From positions 54,603 to 118,602 of IMG/VR virus record IMGVR_UViG_3300028025_006304: a stretch of DNA of 64,000 nucleotides, one strand, 5' to 3'. The position numbers and the translations under genes were made by a program. The DNA is from a virus. This document shows positions 9,307-20,900 of the stretch, piece after piece (positions within the stretch are counted from its first letter, which is position 1; each line of letters starts with the position of its first letter). The notes beneath the pieces were generated by a model that saw only the letters and a list, made by a program, of their open reading frames with translations, was not told where the DNA came from and made no database searches.

Positions 9307-9960
9307 TTATTGTTTTGTAATAGTTACTGGGATTGTAATACGAGCACCTGAATCTCTACCTACTACTGTTAAAGTGGCTTGTAAGATTGAATTTGAACCA
9401 AATAATGTATTTACAGTAGTTGCGGTTAAGTTAATTGTGGTACCAATTACTGTTTTAGATACGTTAGTACCAACTGTTGTAGTTGAATTAAGAGCTATTG
9501 CATCTGGGGTGTTGATACCTACACCATTGAATTGGCTAAGTGTTCTAACATCTGAGATAGTGGCTGTGTAGCCTGAGGTCTCATAAGTTGAATTACCACC
9601 TAGGTAATTTAGGGTTTGAGGAGTGATTGCTAATGAAGCCCCTTGTTTAAGAGTGATTGCAGCATATCCTAGATCAAGTACTGGCATTTTAGAGGTTCCA
9701 CGAGGTAGTGTAGTTAACACATACTTCATTTCTTGAGTTACAAGAGGGAATGCTTCTAGAAGAGGCATGTTTTCAATTGCTTGACCATAATAAGCTGAAC
9801 CTGAAGGGTTAGTTGGATTATAAAGTGTATAATCGATTTCATCATCAGATAAAGCAAATTGAGTAATACGGAATGAACCGTCGTTTTTAGCAAGTAACTC
9901 TCTACCTACATCTGTTAAGATAGCATCTACTGTTACTACTGCGTTATTTAAATATCCCAT
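9307..9960 (-). CDS. Virion structural protein
   Basis: DAILTDVGRELLA...ITQFALSDDEIDY resembles fibre-attachment N-terminal domains; preceded by the late motif. Confidence 0.55.
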   Translation of the reverse strand: MGYLNNAVVTVDAILTDVGRELLAKNDGSFRITQFALSDDEIDYTLYNPTNPSGSAYYGQAIENMPLLEAFPLVTQEMKYVLTTLPRGTSKMPVLDLGYAAITLKQGASLAITPQTLNYLGGNSTYETSGYTATISDVRTLSQFNGVGINTPDAIALNSTTTVGTNVSKTVIGTTINLTATTVNTLFGSNSILQATLTVVGRDSGARITIPVTITKQ

Positions 9961-9984
9961 TGTTGTTTAAAGTCTAGGTTTTGT

Positions 9985-9992
9985 TATAAATA
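9985..9992 (-). promoter_or_regulatory. Candidate late promoter TATTTATA
   Basis: Intergenic, 25 nt upstream of the 9960 start. Confidence 0.55.
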
Positions 9993-10024
9993 TACAAAAA
10001 GAAAAAATTAGTGGCACGTTTAAA

Positions 10025-13000
10025 TTAGAAAGAACCATTTAATAAAACTCGTTTCCAACCCCCAGAAGCGGTTTTAACATATAAATAATCTTCATCCCAA
10101 GTTATCTGTCCTTGGTAACCACTACTATCACCATTACCTGTAGGAGTGTAAGGCTCTCTAATTCTTAAACCTTCTACGGGTGCTGCTCCATTTTCAATAT
10201 CTACAACTGATCTGGGGGTATTTCCATTAAATACTGTATAACCATTAAAAGGTTCAAAATAGTTTGTTGTATCTCCAAGTACTGTAGATGAGCTAAAGTA
10301 TGGAATAGCATATTGTGAACCTGATACACTACCTCCACCTCCAGTAGCCCAAGCTATACCATTAGATGTTGATGTAAGTACTTGATTAGCACTACCTGAG
10401 CTGTTGTTTACGTCAAAAAGAGATCCACTGATTCTAGCACTTTTGATAAGATCTACACCTGTATAACTTGTGTTTCCTACTGTTAACCAGTTAGAGGAAC
10501 TTACAAACATAGCATTTCTAGAGGTTCCGGTTGTGTCTTGGAATCTTAAAGATGTACTATTTAGATTAGATCCTGTAATAGAGATAGCTCCTACTACTGT
10601 TAATGTGTGACCCGGGGTAGAGGTTCCTATACCTACTCTATTATTAACATCATCATAGGACATTGATATTGCTCCACCAAATGATCCACCATTATTATAT
10701 TGTACTTGACCGTCTGAACCACCAGGTGTTCCACCTCCTCCACTACCAGAGGCTGCTACAAAAATATCAACTATTCCTCCACCAGCATTACTAGCTATAA
10801 CTCCTGATCCTGTAAAATTAAGAGTAGTAAATGGACCTCCTATATCTGTTCCTTCATCTGTTACCTCAATAAAATATTGAGATACAGATGCAGCTAAATT
10901 AGCGAATGATGCTGTAGTTGCAAATGAGGCACTAGTTGCAAATGAAGCAGATACTGCTCTAGAAGCTGAAGTAGCAAATGAAGCGCTTATAGCTTGAGAG
11001 GCACTTGTAGCAAATGAGGCACTTATAGCATTATTAACATTATTTACAGTTAGAGGGAATGTACTTCCATCACCTTTAGTAAATGTTAAAGTAGCATTAG
11101 ATACAGAGCCGGTTACTAATAAAGAACCAGTATTAACAGATCCACCAAATGAACTAGTACTATAATATGTTAATCGTCCTGTACTTGGGTTAAAACCTAC
11201 AACATTAGGAGTAGTTATATTAGGTAATAGATTTTGAGCAAATAACCCACTACCTGATATAAAGAAATCATAAGTATTTAACCCAGCTATAGCTCCATCT
11301 GAGATATGAAATTCACTACTCCCAGATAAACGAAACATTAAAGTATCATCTATAGCTAAAACAGTTCTGTTTCCTGTTAAAGTGCCATCACTATTATAGA
11401 TGTTAAGAGCATTTGCTATTATAGATCCTGTATTAAAATAGGAAAATAACCCTGTAGTTGTATTATAACCTAATATATTAGATTGTGATGATGAAGGTAT
11501 TAAAGCATGGATATTACCTGAAACAAATAATAAAGCACTTGGTGGGGTTCCATTAAAATAAGCTGTATCATATTTCAATCCAACTTTTCCATCTCTACGG
11601 AAAGTAACCAATTGAGTACCACTTCCAAAATTACCAGACTGGAATTCAAATGCATTACCATTCCCACCAACAGTTCTTATATTATTAAAATATGTAGCTG
11701 CTATATTAGAATCAGAATCATATGTTATTCTTGTACCTTGAGTAGTTGTAGCTCCTTCTTCGGATAGTAAAAGGAATACTTCATTTTCTTGTGCTTGAGA
11801 AGTAACAGTAATACCTACATTAGAATTACCAATTCCCGTTCCTAAAACATGGAGATTACTAGCAGGAGTATTAGTCCCCATACCAATTATTCCTGATGAA
11901 CTTAAGAACAAGACAGGTTGGTTAGATGGAGAAATTGTAGCTATACTTGAGGTAAAGGATAGATTATAGCTGTTTAAATCAGCAGTTCTATTTCCTGTTA
12001 AAGAACCATCTGAGTTATAGATGTTAACATTAGAGAAAGGTAAAAGGGAAGAAGAAAAATATGTCCACTCTCCAGAGGCTGTATTGAGCCCAATTAAATG
12101 AGATTGAGCAATATTAGATATATGAGGCCCATAAATTTGCCCTGAGCTAGATATAGCTAAAGAAGCTGATGTAGTTAACCTAGGTTTAGTAAATTGAGAA
12201 TCAGCTACAAATGACCATTTATCATTTAAACTAGCTAGTCCAGCAGAAGCAGAAATTGCTAAACTTATAAATCTAGATCTAGCATAGTCACTACCTGCTA
12301 ATACATAAGAACTTATAGAAGTAGGAATAGTTATTCTTTCATCATTATTTAGGTTTACCCAAATCCCCGATGCGCTATTAGGGGTTCTACCTCCAATAAA
12401 CCCACCACCGTTAATCTCAAGTCCTCCTATTTGAGCATATGAATTATTTCTACCATTTCCTATAGGAGGTCCAACTTTTACAAATTGATTATCCCCTATT
12501 TCAGAGCTAGTTACAATTAATCCTAATACCCCGGGATTTCTTGAGTCATAACTTTGAGAGATATATAAAGTAGTATTATCATAATCATAGAATAAACTAG
12601 CAGTAGCATGCCATTCACTACCTGATTTAAAATATACTTCTTTATCTAGTCCTGGAGGATTAATCCCTACTTCAACACCAGTTGACCCAGATGTAATAGC
12701 ATAAAGTTGATCTACAAAATTTATAGCATCAACATCAGCTCTAGTAAGAGATCCAGTATAGTAAATATCAAGTTGATTACCAGTAGCACCTTGGGCTCCT
12801 GTAGGTCCAGTAGTGCCTTGAGCACCTTGAGCTCCCTGCACACCTTGAGCACCTTGAGCTCCCTGTGCACCCTGTGCTCCTTGTAAACCTTGGGCACCCT
12901 GTGCACCTGTTCCTCCTTGAGCACCTTGAGCTCCCTGTGCGCCTTGGGCTCCTGTAGCACCCTGTGCACCCTGTGCACCCTGTGCTCCTTGTAAACCTTG

Positions 13001-13918
13001 TGCACCTTGGGCTCCCTGGGCACCTGTTCCTCCTTGTGCTCCTTGTGCACCTTGAGATCCTTGAGCACCTTGTAAACCTTGTGCTCCTTGAGCACCTTGC
13101 AGACCTTGGGCACCTTGGGCTCCTTGAGCTCCTACTGCACCTTGAGCACCAGTAGCTCCTTGGGCACCCTGTGCACCTTGTAGACCTTGAGCACCTTGTG
13201 CACCTTGTAGACCTTGAGCGCCTTGAGCGCCTTGGGCACCTTGGGAACCTGTTGCACCTTGTGCTCCTGTATTACCTTGTAATCCTTGTGCTCCTTGGGC
13301 ACCTTGTGCACCTTGTGCACCCTGAGCTCCTTGTGGACCTACACTACCTCCTCCACCTGATCCAGCTCCAAAAAAATCAAAACTTATACAAACAGGAACA
13401 TCTTCTGTAAATATATCAGTTATAAAAGCTGAAGAGGAGAGTCTAGCATTATTTGAAGATGAAACAAAGTGAAATTCTCCAAATGATGTTTTATTAACAA
13501 AACCATCAAATTCAAAAATTACAAATTTACTTGCGTCAGTTTTATTAACAATAGTTAAAGATCCACTATAAACTGGGTCTGTCATTTGAAAATATGACAG
13601 CATAGGCAATCCTGCAGAACTAGTATAGTTAAAGGAAGCTGTGGTTACTAATGATGAAGTTAAACTATTTAAAGAAAAGTGGCTACTTGATGGGTTAAGT
13701 AAAGTATCAGTACTAGAAGTATACTCATATTGAATACAAAAAAACTGATTGCTTAAGGGAGTTAAAGAAGTAACCCCAAACTCATCAATAGTTAAAGCAT
13801 AATCATTCCAACCTTGATCTAAGACTGGAAGATTTTCTTTATTGAAAGCTAAACGTCTATCAATCCAAGCACCTCCATCAGTGTCAAGACGTTTATTTGC
13901 TATTCTTTGTTCAGCCAT
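10025..13918 (-). CDS. Long tail fibre with collagen-like triple-helix region
   Basis: 1297 aa; uninterrupted Gly-X-Y run dominated by GAQ; SASFA repeats; duplicated NIYNSDG(S/T)LTGNRT modules. Confidence 0.8.
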   Translation of the reverse strand: MAEQRIANKRLDTDGGAWIDRRLAFNKENLPVLDQGWNDYALTIDEFGVTSLTPLSNQFFCIQYEYTSSTDTLLNPSSSHFSLNSLTSSLVTTASFNYTSSAGLPMLSYFQMTDPVYSGSLTIVNKTDASKFVIFEFDGFVNKTSFGEFHFVSSSNNARLSSSAFITDIFTEDVPVCISFDFFGAGSGGGGSVGPQGAQGAQGAQGAQGAQGLQGNTGAQGATGSQGAQGAQGAQGLQGAQGAQGLQGAQGAQGATGAQGAVGAQGAQGAQGLQGAQGAQGLQGAQGSQGAQGAQGGTGAQGAQGAQGLQGAQGAQGAQGATGAQGAQGAQGAQGGTGAQGAQGLQGAQGAQGAQGAQGVQGAQGAQGTTGPTGAQGATGNQLDIYYTGSLTRADVDAINFVDQLYAITSGSTGVEVGINPPGLDKEVYFKSGSEWHATASLFYDYDNTTLYISQSYDSRNPGVLGLIVTSSEIGDNQFVKVGPPIGNGRNNSYAQIGGLEINGGGFIGGRTPNSASGIWVNLNNDERITIPTSISSYVLAGSDYARSRFISLAISASAGLASLNDKWSFVADSQFTKPRLTTSASLAISSSGQIYGPHISNIAQSHLIGLNTASGEWTYFSSSLLPFSNVNIYNSDGSLTGNRTADLNSYNLSFTSSIATISPSNQPVLFLSSSGIIGMGTNTPASNLHVLGTGIGNSNVGITVTSQAQENEVFLLLSEEGATTTQGTRITYDSDSNIAATYFNNIRTVGGNGNAFEFQSGNFGSGTQLVTFRRDGKVGLKYDTAYFNGTPPSALLFVSGNIHALIPSSSQSNILGYNTTTGLFSYFNTGSIIANALNIYNSDGTLTGNRTVLAIDDTLMFRLSGSSEFHISDGAIAGLNTYDFFISGSGLFAQNLLPNITTPNVVGFNPSTGRLTYYSTSSFGGSVNTGSLLVTGSVSNATLTFTKGDGSTFPLTVNNVNNAISASFATSASQAISASFATSASRAVSASFATSASFATTASFANLAASVSQYFIEVTDEGTDIGGPFTTLNFTGSGVIASNAGGGIVDIFVAASGSGGGGTPGGSDGQVQYNNGGSFGGAISMSYDDVNNRVGIGTSTPGHTLTVVGAISITGSNLNSTSLRFQDTTGTSRNAMFVSSSNWLTVGNTSYTGVDLIKSARISGSLFDVNNSSGSANQVLTSTSNGIAWATGGGGSVSGSQYAIPYFSSSTVLGDTTNYFEPFNGYTVFNGNTPRSVVDIENGAAPVEGLRIREPYTPTGNGDSSGYQGQITWDEDYLYVKTASGGWKRVLLNGSF
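12770..13340 (-). repeat. Collagen-like (Gly-Ala-Gln)n coding tandem repeat
   Basis: 9-bp periodic gcaccttga/gcaccttgt pattern on the plus strand, about 60 triplets. Confidence 0.9.
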
Positions 13919-13921
13919 ATA

Positions 13922-16900
13922 TTATTGAGGAGATATTAATCCTCTTTCTTGTAAATTTTCTAATATTTGATCTATCTTACCTTCGATACGGCCTGTTAAA
14001 TATTCTGGTTTTAAAAGTCCTTCACCAGAATCTCCTGCAGGTTTATCTACATCTAGGACGATAAAAGCTGGATCATCTACATATCTTCTGATTAGGAAGA
14101 AATCGGCATTACTACCTGTTGGTGATATAACCTTATCGAGGTATAAATATAATCTGTCATCAAGGGATGCTGAAACTATAGTATAAGCGTTTGGTTCAAT
14201 TGCCTCAAATCTTATCTCATCATAAGATTGAACTGTAAACGGATAACTAATAGCATTGAAACCACTATTTTCTATACCAGAGGCGTAGTAACCATATAAG
14301 TTAGTTAACTCAAGGGATGCTGTTAGTACTGTACTAGTAACTGATCCTGTTGTCCAATAAGCAGCTGAGGCTGTTGGTACAGAAAATCCACCTTGAAGTT
14401 GTTTATTAGTAAAATAAGTATTTGTAGCTAAAATGTTTATTGTAGCTGTATCAGGATTAGGATTAATGTTATATCCGGTTGATATTACTCTAACCTGATC
14501 ATTTAAATTAAAGTTTTGAAATGAAGTAGTTAAAGTTACAGTTTTGGTACCTCCTGAGGTAAATATAGCCCCACCTGTAGTTAGGTTGGTCCAAGTAGAT
14601 CCTCCATCTGTTGATTTTTGGATCGCAAAAGTTGTTTGGAGTCTTTGAGGAGACGATACATCAGGGTCAGGAACCCATGAAGGATTTACTCTTAAATTAG
14701 CTATAAATGAAACCTCAACATCTGTATTTTGTGTAAATGTATAAATAGATGTTCCGGTATTGTATGCATTTCGATAATCGAATGATTCAGTGGGGAATGT
14801 TATTAAGGTATCAGATATAGAGGTATAAGTTTGAGTACTTGTTTTATAAGCATTAAATGCAAAATTTGTAACTCCTGTAGTACCTAACTGGATATTAAAG
14901 TTTAAAGAACTTGTATAACCATACCCGGTTACATTTCCATTCCCATCATAACTTTGGGTTTGACTGTAAAGAATAGGTTGAATGGTTTTTCCACTCTTAA
15001 ATACATTATAAGTACCATTTAATATTGAAAGTTCAGTTCCAAATATATTAGTATTAGTTAAGGCTGATACTACGTCTGTTCCTTCAGTAAAGTTTTGGTT
15101 CATAATACCTAAATTAATTCCGGATGAATCATTTATAGGTCTTATAACATTTCCATTTTCATCTATTATATAACGTAGGTTATATGTTGTTTTATCCTCA
15201 TAAATGTTACCCCATTCTGGTGCTGTTCCACCTGCCCAGTTAAAGTAAGCAAAGTATGTTCTGTTTAGATCCACAGATGGTAAACCAAGTTGTGTATTCC
15301 CTAAATCAACATTTTGGCTAATTTCTATACTATTGGCATTGCTTACAGATGCTATGTTAAAGTTATCTGTTGTGTTTTTACTACCTACATATCTTGGGTA
15401 GATATGTTTTCTCATAGTATAATTTGAATCTGGGATAGAGGCAGGAAAAGCTGTGTTAGTTATAATTTGGTTAAAATTAACAGGTACTAATTGGTTAGTA
15501 GTATAATCAACTTGTTGGATAAACTGACTTTGTCGATTTAATTCACTGTTATTAATTAAAGCATTATAATCTGAATTAGCAAATACTCTTGGTAAATAAG
15601 GCTCAACTGAGACCAGAACATCAGTAGATGAGGCCCCATTTGTAACTGTTCCTCCATCAGGAAGTAAAGTTAAAACAGCCACTTGCCCTTGATCTGCAAC
15701 ATTAACCACTTTAAACGTTCTAGGACTTGTGGTGCCCGGAACTATTAAAGTAAATTCTGACATATTAATTATTTCAACTTTGGAATATACCGCATTTTGA
15801 TCTGTATAATTAATTAAAGCATAAGTTGGACCAAATTGAGTACCTGCTGGTGTATCCAAAGGAGGTGGTGATCCTTCTTCATACCAAATATACATTTGAC
15901 CTGCAGGAGTAACATATAAAGTTAAGAAATCCCCAGATGAAACATTTCTTGAATCATATACTGTTATATCATAAAATAATGGTGTAATAGATGGATTTTT
16001 GTAAGGGTTAGCCTCGTTTAACTCACCATTTTCTACTGTTAGAGTAGAGCCTTTATACTCACCATTATAAAATTCTTCCTGAGATGAACGAGTAATATAA
16101 GCTAAACCATATGGGTTAATTACTTCTTCAATCCAACTCTGGGTTAGGAAGAAATTATTAGATGAACCACTAGCTAAATAGTATGGGTTTGTATCTAAAC
16201 TATTTAATTTATTTACTGAACCCCCAGCTCCACCCTCTATAAAACCAGTATCAATTGAACCAGAATAATCATATCTAGCCCATTCTACCTCAGGTTGTGG
16301 GTATTTGTTTCTTTCAAGCAAGTGTTGTTTTACAACTACTCCTGAAGCTAAAGATGATCTAGCAGGGGTAAAGTCCTTAACCATTTTAAACAACGAATTA
16401 TCAAAAAACTTGATAAGACGAACATAATCGTTTAGATCATAGTTGTTAATATACTTTTGAAAATAAGCATTTCTTAAAGCATCCAAATCAGGATACGATT
16501 CAGCCTCAGTAAAACGTTGTCTTGGATCACCAATATAGTCTCCCATGTTAAAGAAACCTAACTGAGCCATGATATCATCATTGATCTCGTTTTGAGGGGA
16601 GAATGCTACCTCAGTATATGCTAAGTTTTCTGTGTAAGTGCTACCACCTGGGGGTTGTTGTTGAATTGAGCGGTATTGAGATAAGGTACTACCTGAAGGT
16701 AGGTTCATATCTACAACTTGTATTTTATTTGATACAATATTTTTAATACCAGCTGCTGGTTGATCTAGGTAAACTGTTTCAGTGTTTGAAGTATAATCAC
16801 CCCCTGTAACTGTAAAATTGCTATTAGAAGCAAATGATGCAGTAGCAACCCAAGAGCCTGTTACTTTAGGATGAATTGAAATAGAACCTGTATATAGCTC

Positions 16901-19363
16901 ACCTCCTAAAGATCCTCTAAATGCTAAAGCAGTTAAATTAGGATCCAATAAATCACTCTCGATTGAGTCAGGATTCATTGTATAGTCTCTAAATACTAAG
17001 TCAGTTATAACCTCAGTATAATATCTTATCTCTTGGTATAATCCTATAAATGGGCTATAAGTACCTATAGTATTTCTTGAGTCAGAGGGGAAGTATGAAG
17101 TAGTCCCACCTGTCCAGTTACTAACACTAGTATTTACAGAAGCTGAAGCTATAAATCCTATAGTAGAACCATCATCTCCATTATAAATGTTATTAGCAGC
17201 ATATAAAGTAAAATTAGCAGGATCATCATCATGATTCACTGTTACTGCTACTGACCACCAATCCTCATTAAGGAATGGTAAATAAACACTTGCTGAATCT
17301 GAACCTATTATAAGTTTTAAATTAGCATATTCGTTATAAGGATTAGCTATAGAACCACTATATGAACCTGAAGTATATCCTGAGCCTGTATATTCTAAAA
17401 CAATTTTAGCAGGGGTACCATTATCTAAACTCCAAAGAGATTGACTAAGAGCATAGTTTAGGGTTGAAGTTAAACCTGGGCTCTTGAATCTGAATTCTAG
17501 AGATTTAGCAGGTGTTACTCCCCATTTACTGTTTAAAGCCCAATCTGTTTGAATCCAACCATTAGTTTTTGTATCAAACTTATAGTTGTATCTCTGCTTG
17601 TAATAATCCCAATCGTTTGACTCATCTTTATCTTTACCACCAAATTCTGCTACTCTTAAGATAGTAGAAGGAATACCATAGGTAGTGATAAGATCTTGTA
17701 AACCAACTGTTGTACCTTTTTTCTTTAAAAGAAGTGGTAAGTTGTGGTATAATCTTTTATATGTTCCTTTTTCAATGTCCTCTAAAGGAACTGCTTGGTT
17801 AGAAGCTGAGATTGAAGTATTAACATATTCATACCCACTAGGAGTAGGTAATGAATCTGTCATATAAGGGAACGGGAATAAATCACCTGAAGGGGTAACA
17901 CCTAGTAAAGCAGTATATAGATCAGCTGAGCCAAAACTACTCTCATATATTTTTAAACCTAAATCTCTTAAAACATCAGCTACAAGATCTTTAGAAACAC
18001 CATATTGTAGACGATTATCAGCATTCCATTTTTCAGTTACATCTTGATAATAGATCCAAATGTTATCAAACATTTCACCTAACATCTCAATGAATAATTC
18101 GTATTGGGCATTAGCTGAATCTTCTCTTAAGTAAGAAGGAATAGCATTGATTAAAGCGTTGTTATTATTTTCATCATACTCACCTGCTACAACTGATTGA
18201 ATTTGAATAAAGGATATACCTGCTGCTGAGGTAGTAGTAGCATTATTATAGGGGTAAATTGAGTTAGTTTTAGGCCAAGCACCAGACCCTGAGTCATAGT
18301 ATAAGAAATAATCATAACCATCAAATGTAGTAATGATTTCATCTATTTTACTTTGCCAAATATTTTTACTATTAACTGTATAAGACCCACCAGCATTATT
18401 TGATAAACTAGCACTGTAAGTATATTCTTCAATAAGTTGAAGTTTATAATAAAAGTTCTCTAAGCGAGTTAATGCTGAAGAAAAATATATAAAATTATTG
18501 TAATCAGAATAATTTACATTTATTTCAATACCACGTTCAGCTAAAATACTATTAATTTGGTATTGTAGATTGGTTGGACCTGTAGCGTAAGTGGTTGTAG
18601 TTAAATTAGTATAATTAGCATATTCTGTTGAATTATTTATTTGGTCTTTAACATTAAGGTTTAAGTTAGGACCTTTTAAATAAGTAAAATCACTTACAGG
18701 TTGAAATAGCTCAACAATATTGATGTTATAAGCAATAGGTTCTGCTACTTGGGTAACAATCCAACACTCATCCTTTAAAATAAAATTAATAGGAAGAGGT
18801 TCATAAAGCTTAATTAAAACAGTTGGGTCACTAGGGTTAGTATTATCTAGTAAAATATTATTAGCTATTACTAACTGATTTCCTCCAAAATTAAGATAAA
18901 AGTCAAAATAAGTAAGAGTACTAGTTTGTATTTTATTAATTAAAGAACTAACTCCATTTACTACATTACTATTAATAATCTGTGTAGTATTAAGTCTCAA
19001 CTCAGTTCTATCTGAAGATATATCTTCAATATAGAATTGATTAAATATAGAGCTAGAAGCTTCATTATTTAGGAAAAGATATAAAGTATTATAGTTACCT
19101 ATATCATATCCTACTTTCTCTAAATCAGCTTGAGGATCAAGATAAACTTGTTGGTCAATAAAACTCCAACCACTAAATCCAGCTTCATTAGAATAAATTA
19201 TTTCATTATTTAAATTATAAATAAAATATGAAACATAATTTTGTAAGGGATCAAAAGTAGACTGTACTGTACTATTAGTTATAAGATTATCATCTTGAAT
19301 TGAGTAGTCCTGCAATTCAAAAAAGTTACTAGGGATATTATTTATAGTTACTGTATTAGCCAT
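13922..19363 (-). CDS. Large baseplate wedge protein, T4 gp7-like
   Basis: 1813 aa; RLYHNLPLLLKKKGTTVGLQDLI resembles the gp7/P2 gpI motif; lies next to gp6 and gp25 homologues. Confidence 0.6.
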   Translation of the reverse strand: MANTVTINNIPSNFFELQDYSIQDDNLITNSTVQSTFDPLQNYVSYFIYNLNNEIIYSNEAGFSGWSFIDQQVYLDPQADLEKVGYDIGNYNTLYLFLNNEASSSIFNQFYIEDISSDRTELRLNTTQIINSNVVNGVSSLINKIQTSTLTYFDFYLNFGGNQLVIANNILLDNTNPSDPTVLIKLYEPLPINFILKDECWIVTQVAEPIAYNINIVELFQPVSDFTYLKGPNLNLNVKDQINNSTEYANYTNLTTTTYATGPTNLQYQINSILAERGIEINVNYSDYNNFIYFSSALTRLENFYYKLQLIEEYTYSASLSNNAGGSYTVNSKNIWQSKIDEIITTFDGYDYFLYYDSGSGAWPKTNSIYPYNNATTTSAAGISFIQIQSVVAGEYDENNNNALINAIPSYLREDSANAQYELFIEMLGEMFDNIWIYYQDVTEKWNADNRLQYGVSKDLVADVLRDLGLKIYESSFGSADLYTALLGVTPSGDLFPFPYMTDSLPTPSGYEYVNTSISASNQAVPLEDIEKGTYKRLYHNLPLLLKKKGTTVGLQDLITTYGIPSTILRVAEFGGKDKDESNDWDYYKQRYNYKFDTKTNGWIQTDWALNSKWGVTPAKSLEFRFKSPGLTSTLNYALSQSLWSLDNGTPAKIVLEYTGSGYTSGSYSGSIANPYNEYANLKLIIGSDSASVYLPFLNEDWWSVAVTVNHDDDPANFTLYAANNIYNGDDGSTIGFIASASVNTSVSNWTGGTTSYFPSDSRNTIGTYSPFIGLYQEIRYYTEVITDLVFRDYTMNPDSIESDLLDPNLTALAFRGSLGGELYTGSISIHPKVTGSWVATASFASNSNFTVTGGDYTSNTETVYLDQPAAGIKNIVSNKIQVVDMNLPSGSTLSQYRSIQQQPPGGSTYTENLAYTEVAFSPQNEINDDIMAQLGFFNMGDYIGDPRQRFTEAESYPDLDALRNAYFQKYINNYDLNDYVRLIKFFDNSLFKMVKDFTPARSSLASGVVVKQHLLERNKYPQPEVEWARYDYSGSIDTGFIEGGAGGSVNKLNSLDTNPYYLASGSSNNFFLTQSWIEEVINPYGLAYITRSSQEEFYNGEYKGSTLTVENGELNEANPYKNPSITPLFYDITVYDSRNVSSGDFLTLYVTPAGQMYIWYEEGSPPPLDTPAGTQFGPTYALINYTDQNAVYSKVEIINMSEFTLIVPGTTSPRTFKVVNVADQGQVAVLTLLPDGGTVTNGASSTDVLVSVEPYLPRVFANSDYNALINNSELNRQSQFIQQVDYTTNQLVPVNFNQIITNTAFPASIPDSNYTMRKHIYPRYVGSKNTTDNFNIASVSNANSIEISQNVDLGNTQLGLPSVDLNRTYFAYFNWAGGTAPEWGNIYEDKTTYNLRYIIDENGNVIRPINDSSGINLGIMNQNFTEGTDVVSALTNTNIFGTELSILNGTYNVFKSGKTIQPILYSQTQSYDGNGNVTGYGYTSSLNFNIQLGTTGVTNFAFNAYKTSTQTYTSISDTLITFPTESFDYRNAYNTGTSIYTFTQNTDVEVSFIANLRVNPSWVPDPDVSSPQRLQTTFAIQKSTDGGSTWTNLTTGGAIFTSGGTKTVTLTTSFQNFNLNDQVRVISTGYNINPNPDTATINILATNTYFTNKQLQGGFSVPTASAAYWTTGSVTSTVLTASLELTNLYGYYASGIENSGFNAISYPFTVQSYDEIRFEAIEPNAYTIVSASLDDRLYLYLDKVISPTGSNADFFLIRRYVDDPAFIVLDVDKPAGDSGEGLLKPEYLTGRIEGKIDQILENLQERGLISPQ

Positions 19364-19712
19364 TAGTTGTAGTTTGAACTATAGTAAGCAATTGTTGTTG
19401 AAGTTCTAAATTTTCTTGTCTTAATTCTGTTACTTCATTAATTAAAGCCTGTATTTCATCATTTATAATATTTGAAGCGCCAATATATTCTTGACTAGTC
19501 TTAATAAGATACTCATGGGAATTTGTTTCTCCAAATTTAGGTATATCAAAAAATAACTGATTATAATAAGTAAAAAACTCATCTATTGAGGGGAGAACTG
19601 AACCTGTATTAATTGAGGTAGGTTGGACAAGTTGGTTAAATGAAGTATCAATTACCTTTTGGTATTGATTTTTATCATAAACTTGTTTTTGTAAAGTTAC
19701 CTGTTGAGCCAT
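19356..19712 (-). CDS. Hypothetical structural protein
   Basis: Overlapping start/stop within the baseplate operon; C-terminal coiled coil. Confidence 0.6.
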   Translation of the reverse strand: MAQQVTLQKQVYDKNQYQKVIDTSFNQLVQPTSINTGSVLPSIDEFFTYYNQLFFDIPKFGETNSHEYLIKTSQEYIGASNIINDEIQALINEVTELRQENLELQQQLLTIVQTTTNG

Positions 19713-20896
19713 TATCCATTAATAACTTTAAAGTTAAAATTACTGTCTATTACTTGAGTTGTTGCTCCAATAGTAGTTTGAATTAAAATTGTATAATATC
19801 TCTCAGGTTGTAAACCATTCATATAAACTGTAAAGAAACTAGAGGTAGTATCAGCACTCAACTTAGTATAAGTTGAATCAAAATCTATAACATATTCGTT
19901 TGTATCTAAATCTTTAATAGCCCAAAAAGAAGCTGTAGGTAAGTAATAATTTTCGGTATAAATTGAAGCAGTTTGAAATATAATGGGTGGATATTGAGGA
20001 CGACAATCTACTCTAAATTGTTGAACACTTGAAGAATAAAAGAATCCATTATTATTAGCTATAGAAAGATAAGCTTGTGATGTATTCAGCAATGGTACAG
20101 CTGAGGAAGTGTTATAAGTAAAGTCATTCCACTTAAAATCTATACATGGGGGATAGATTGTATGAGTGTCCATTGAGTAATATTGTAGGACAGGTTGAAT
20201 GTTTAAATTCTGGTTAAACTCTACATAATAGTTACCTGTAACATCTTCATAAGATTGTGAACCTTCCCATTTAACTAAGAAACCTTGGTTCTCTATTTTA
20301 GTATAAGGACTAAATATATTTTTTGAAGATGAATACCATGCTTTAAGGGTGCCTGATACTTCTACCTTTAAATCTTTATCAGAATGGTAAGTAAAGGTTT
20401 GTGTTTGAGATATATCTAATCCGGGTAGACTTGAGCCTGTATACCAAGTACCCCCACCTGGGGTACTACCTGAGTATGAGGCTGTAACATATGGGTTAAA
20501 GTTACTTGTATCCCAAGCTTTTCCACCATCTACTGTTTGATAAACCCAACTTGCTCCATTGGTTACTACAGGTTGGTCTAGGTATTTTCCAGTACCCATC
20601 CCCCAAGCTCCAGAGATTGGATAAACATATAAACGAGAGTCTAAGTTAATACCCTGGGCAGTAGCTATAAAACATCTTAAATCAGCACCCCATTGAGCCC
20701 CTCTTGCTAAATTATCAATAGCACCATTTAGTTGATCTTGACTAAACTTAATTAAATATCTAGCTACTTGGGCATTACTACTAATTGCAAAATTCAAATT
20801 AGAAATATCTAATATCTCATCAATACCAGTATTCATCGTTGGAAACAACGAATATATAGTAGTGTCTTTTTCTGGGAAAATTTTATATACTGCCAT
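19712..20896 (-). CDS. Putative baseplate-associated structural protein
   Basis: 394-aa beta-rich ORF in the baseplate operon. Confidence 0.6.
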   Translation of the reverse strand: MAVYKIFPEKDTTIYSLFPTMNTGIDEILDISNLNFAISSNAQVARYLIKFSQDQLNGAIDNLARGAQWGADLRCFIATAQGINLDSRLYVYPISGAWGMGTGKYLDQPVVTNGASWVYQTVDGGKAWDTSNFNPYVTASYSGSTPGGGTWYTGSSLPGLDISQTQTFTYHSDKDLKVEVSGTLKAWYSSSKNIFSPYTKIENQGFLVKWEGSQSYEDVTGNYYVEFNQNLNIQPVLQYYSMDTHTIYPPCIDFKWNDFTYNTSSAVPLLNTSQAYLSIANNNGFFYSSSVQQFRVDCRPQYPPIIFQTASIYTENYYLPTASFWAIKDLDTNEYVIDFDSTYTKLSADTTSSFFTVYMNGLQPERYYTILIQTTIGATTQVIDSNFNFKVING

Positions 20897-20900
20897 TGTC

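Noticed and set aside
12721-13410. His/Lys/Val-rich ORFs on both strands
   Set aside because: Shadow frames of the Gly-Ala-Gln repeat
6272-13918. Diversity-generating retroelement or invertible fibre cassette
   Set aside because: No reverse transcriptase or invertase and no near-identical template/variable repeat pair seen; shared repeats are low-complexity protein motifs
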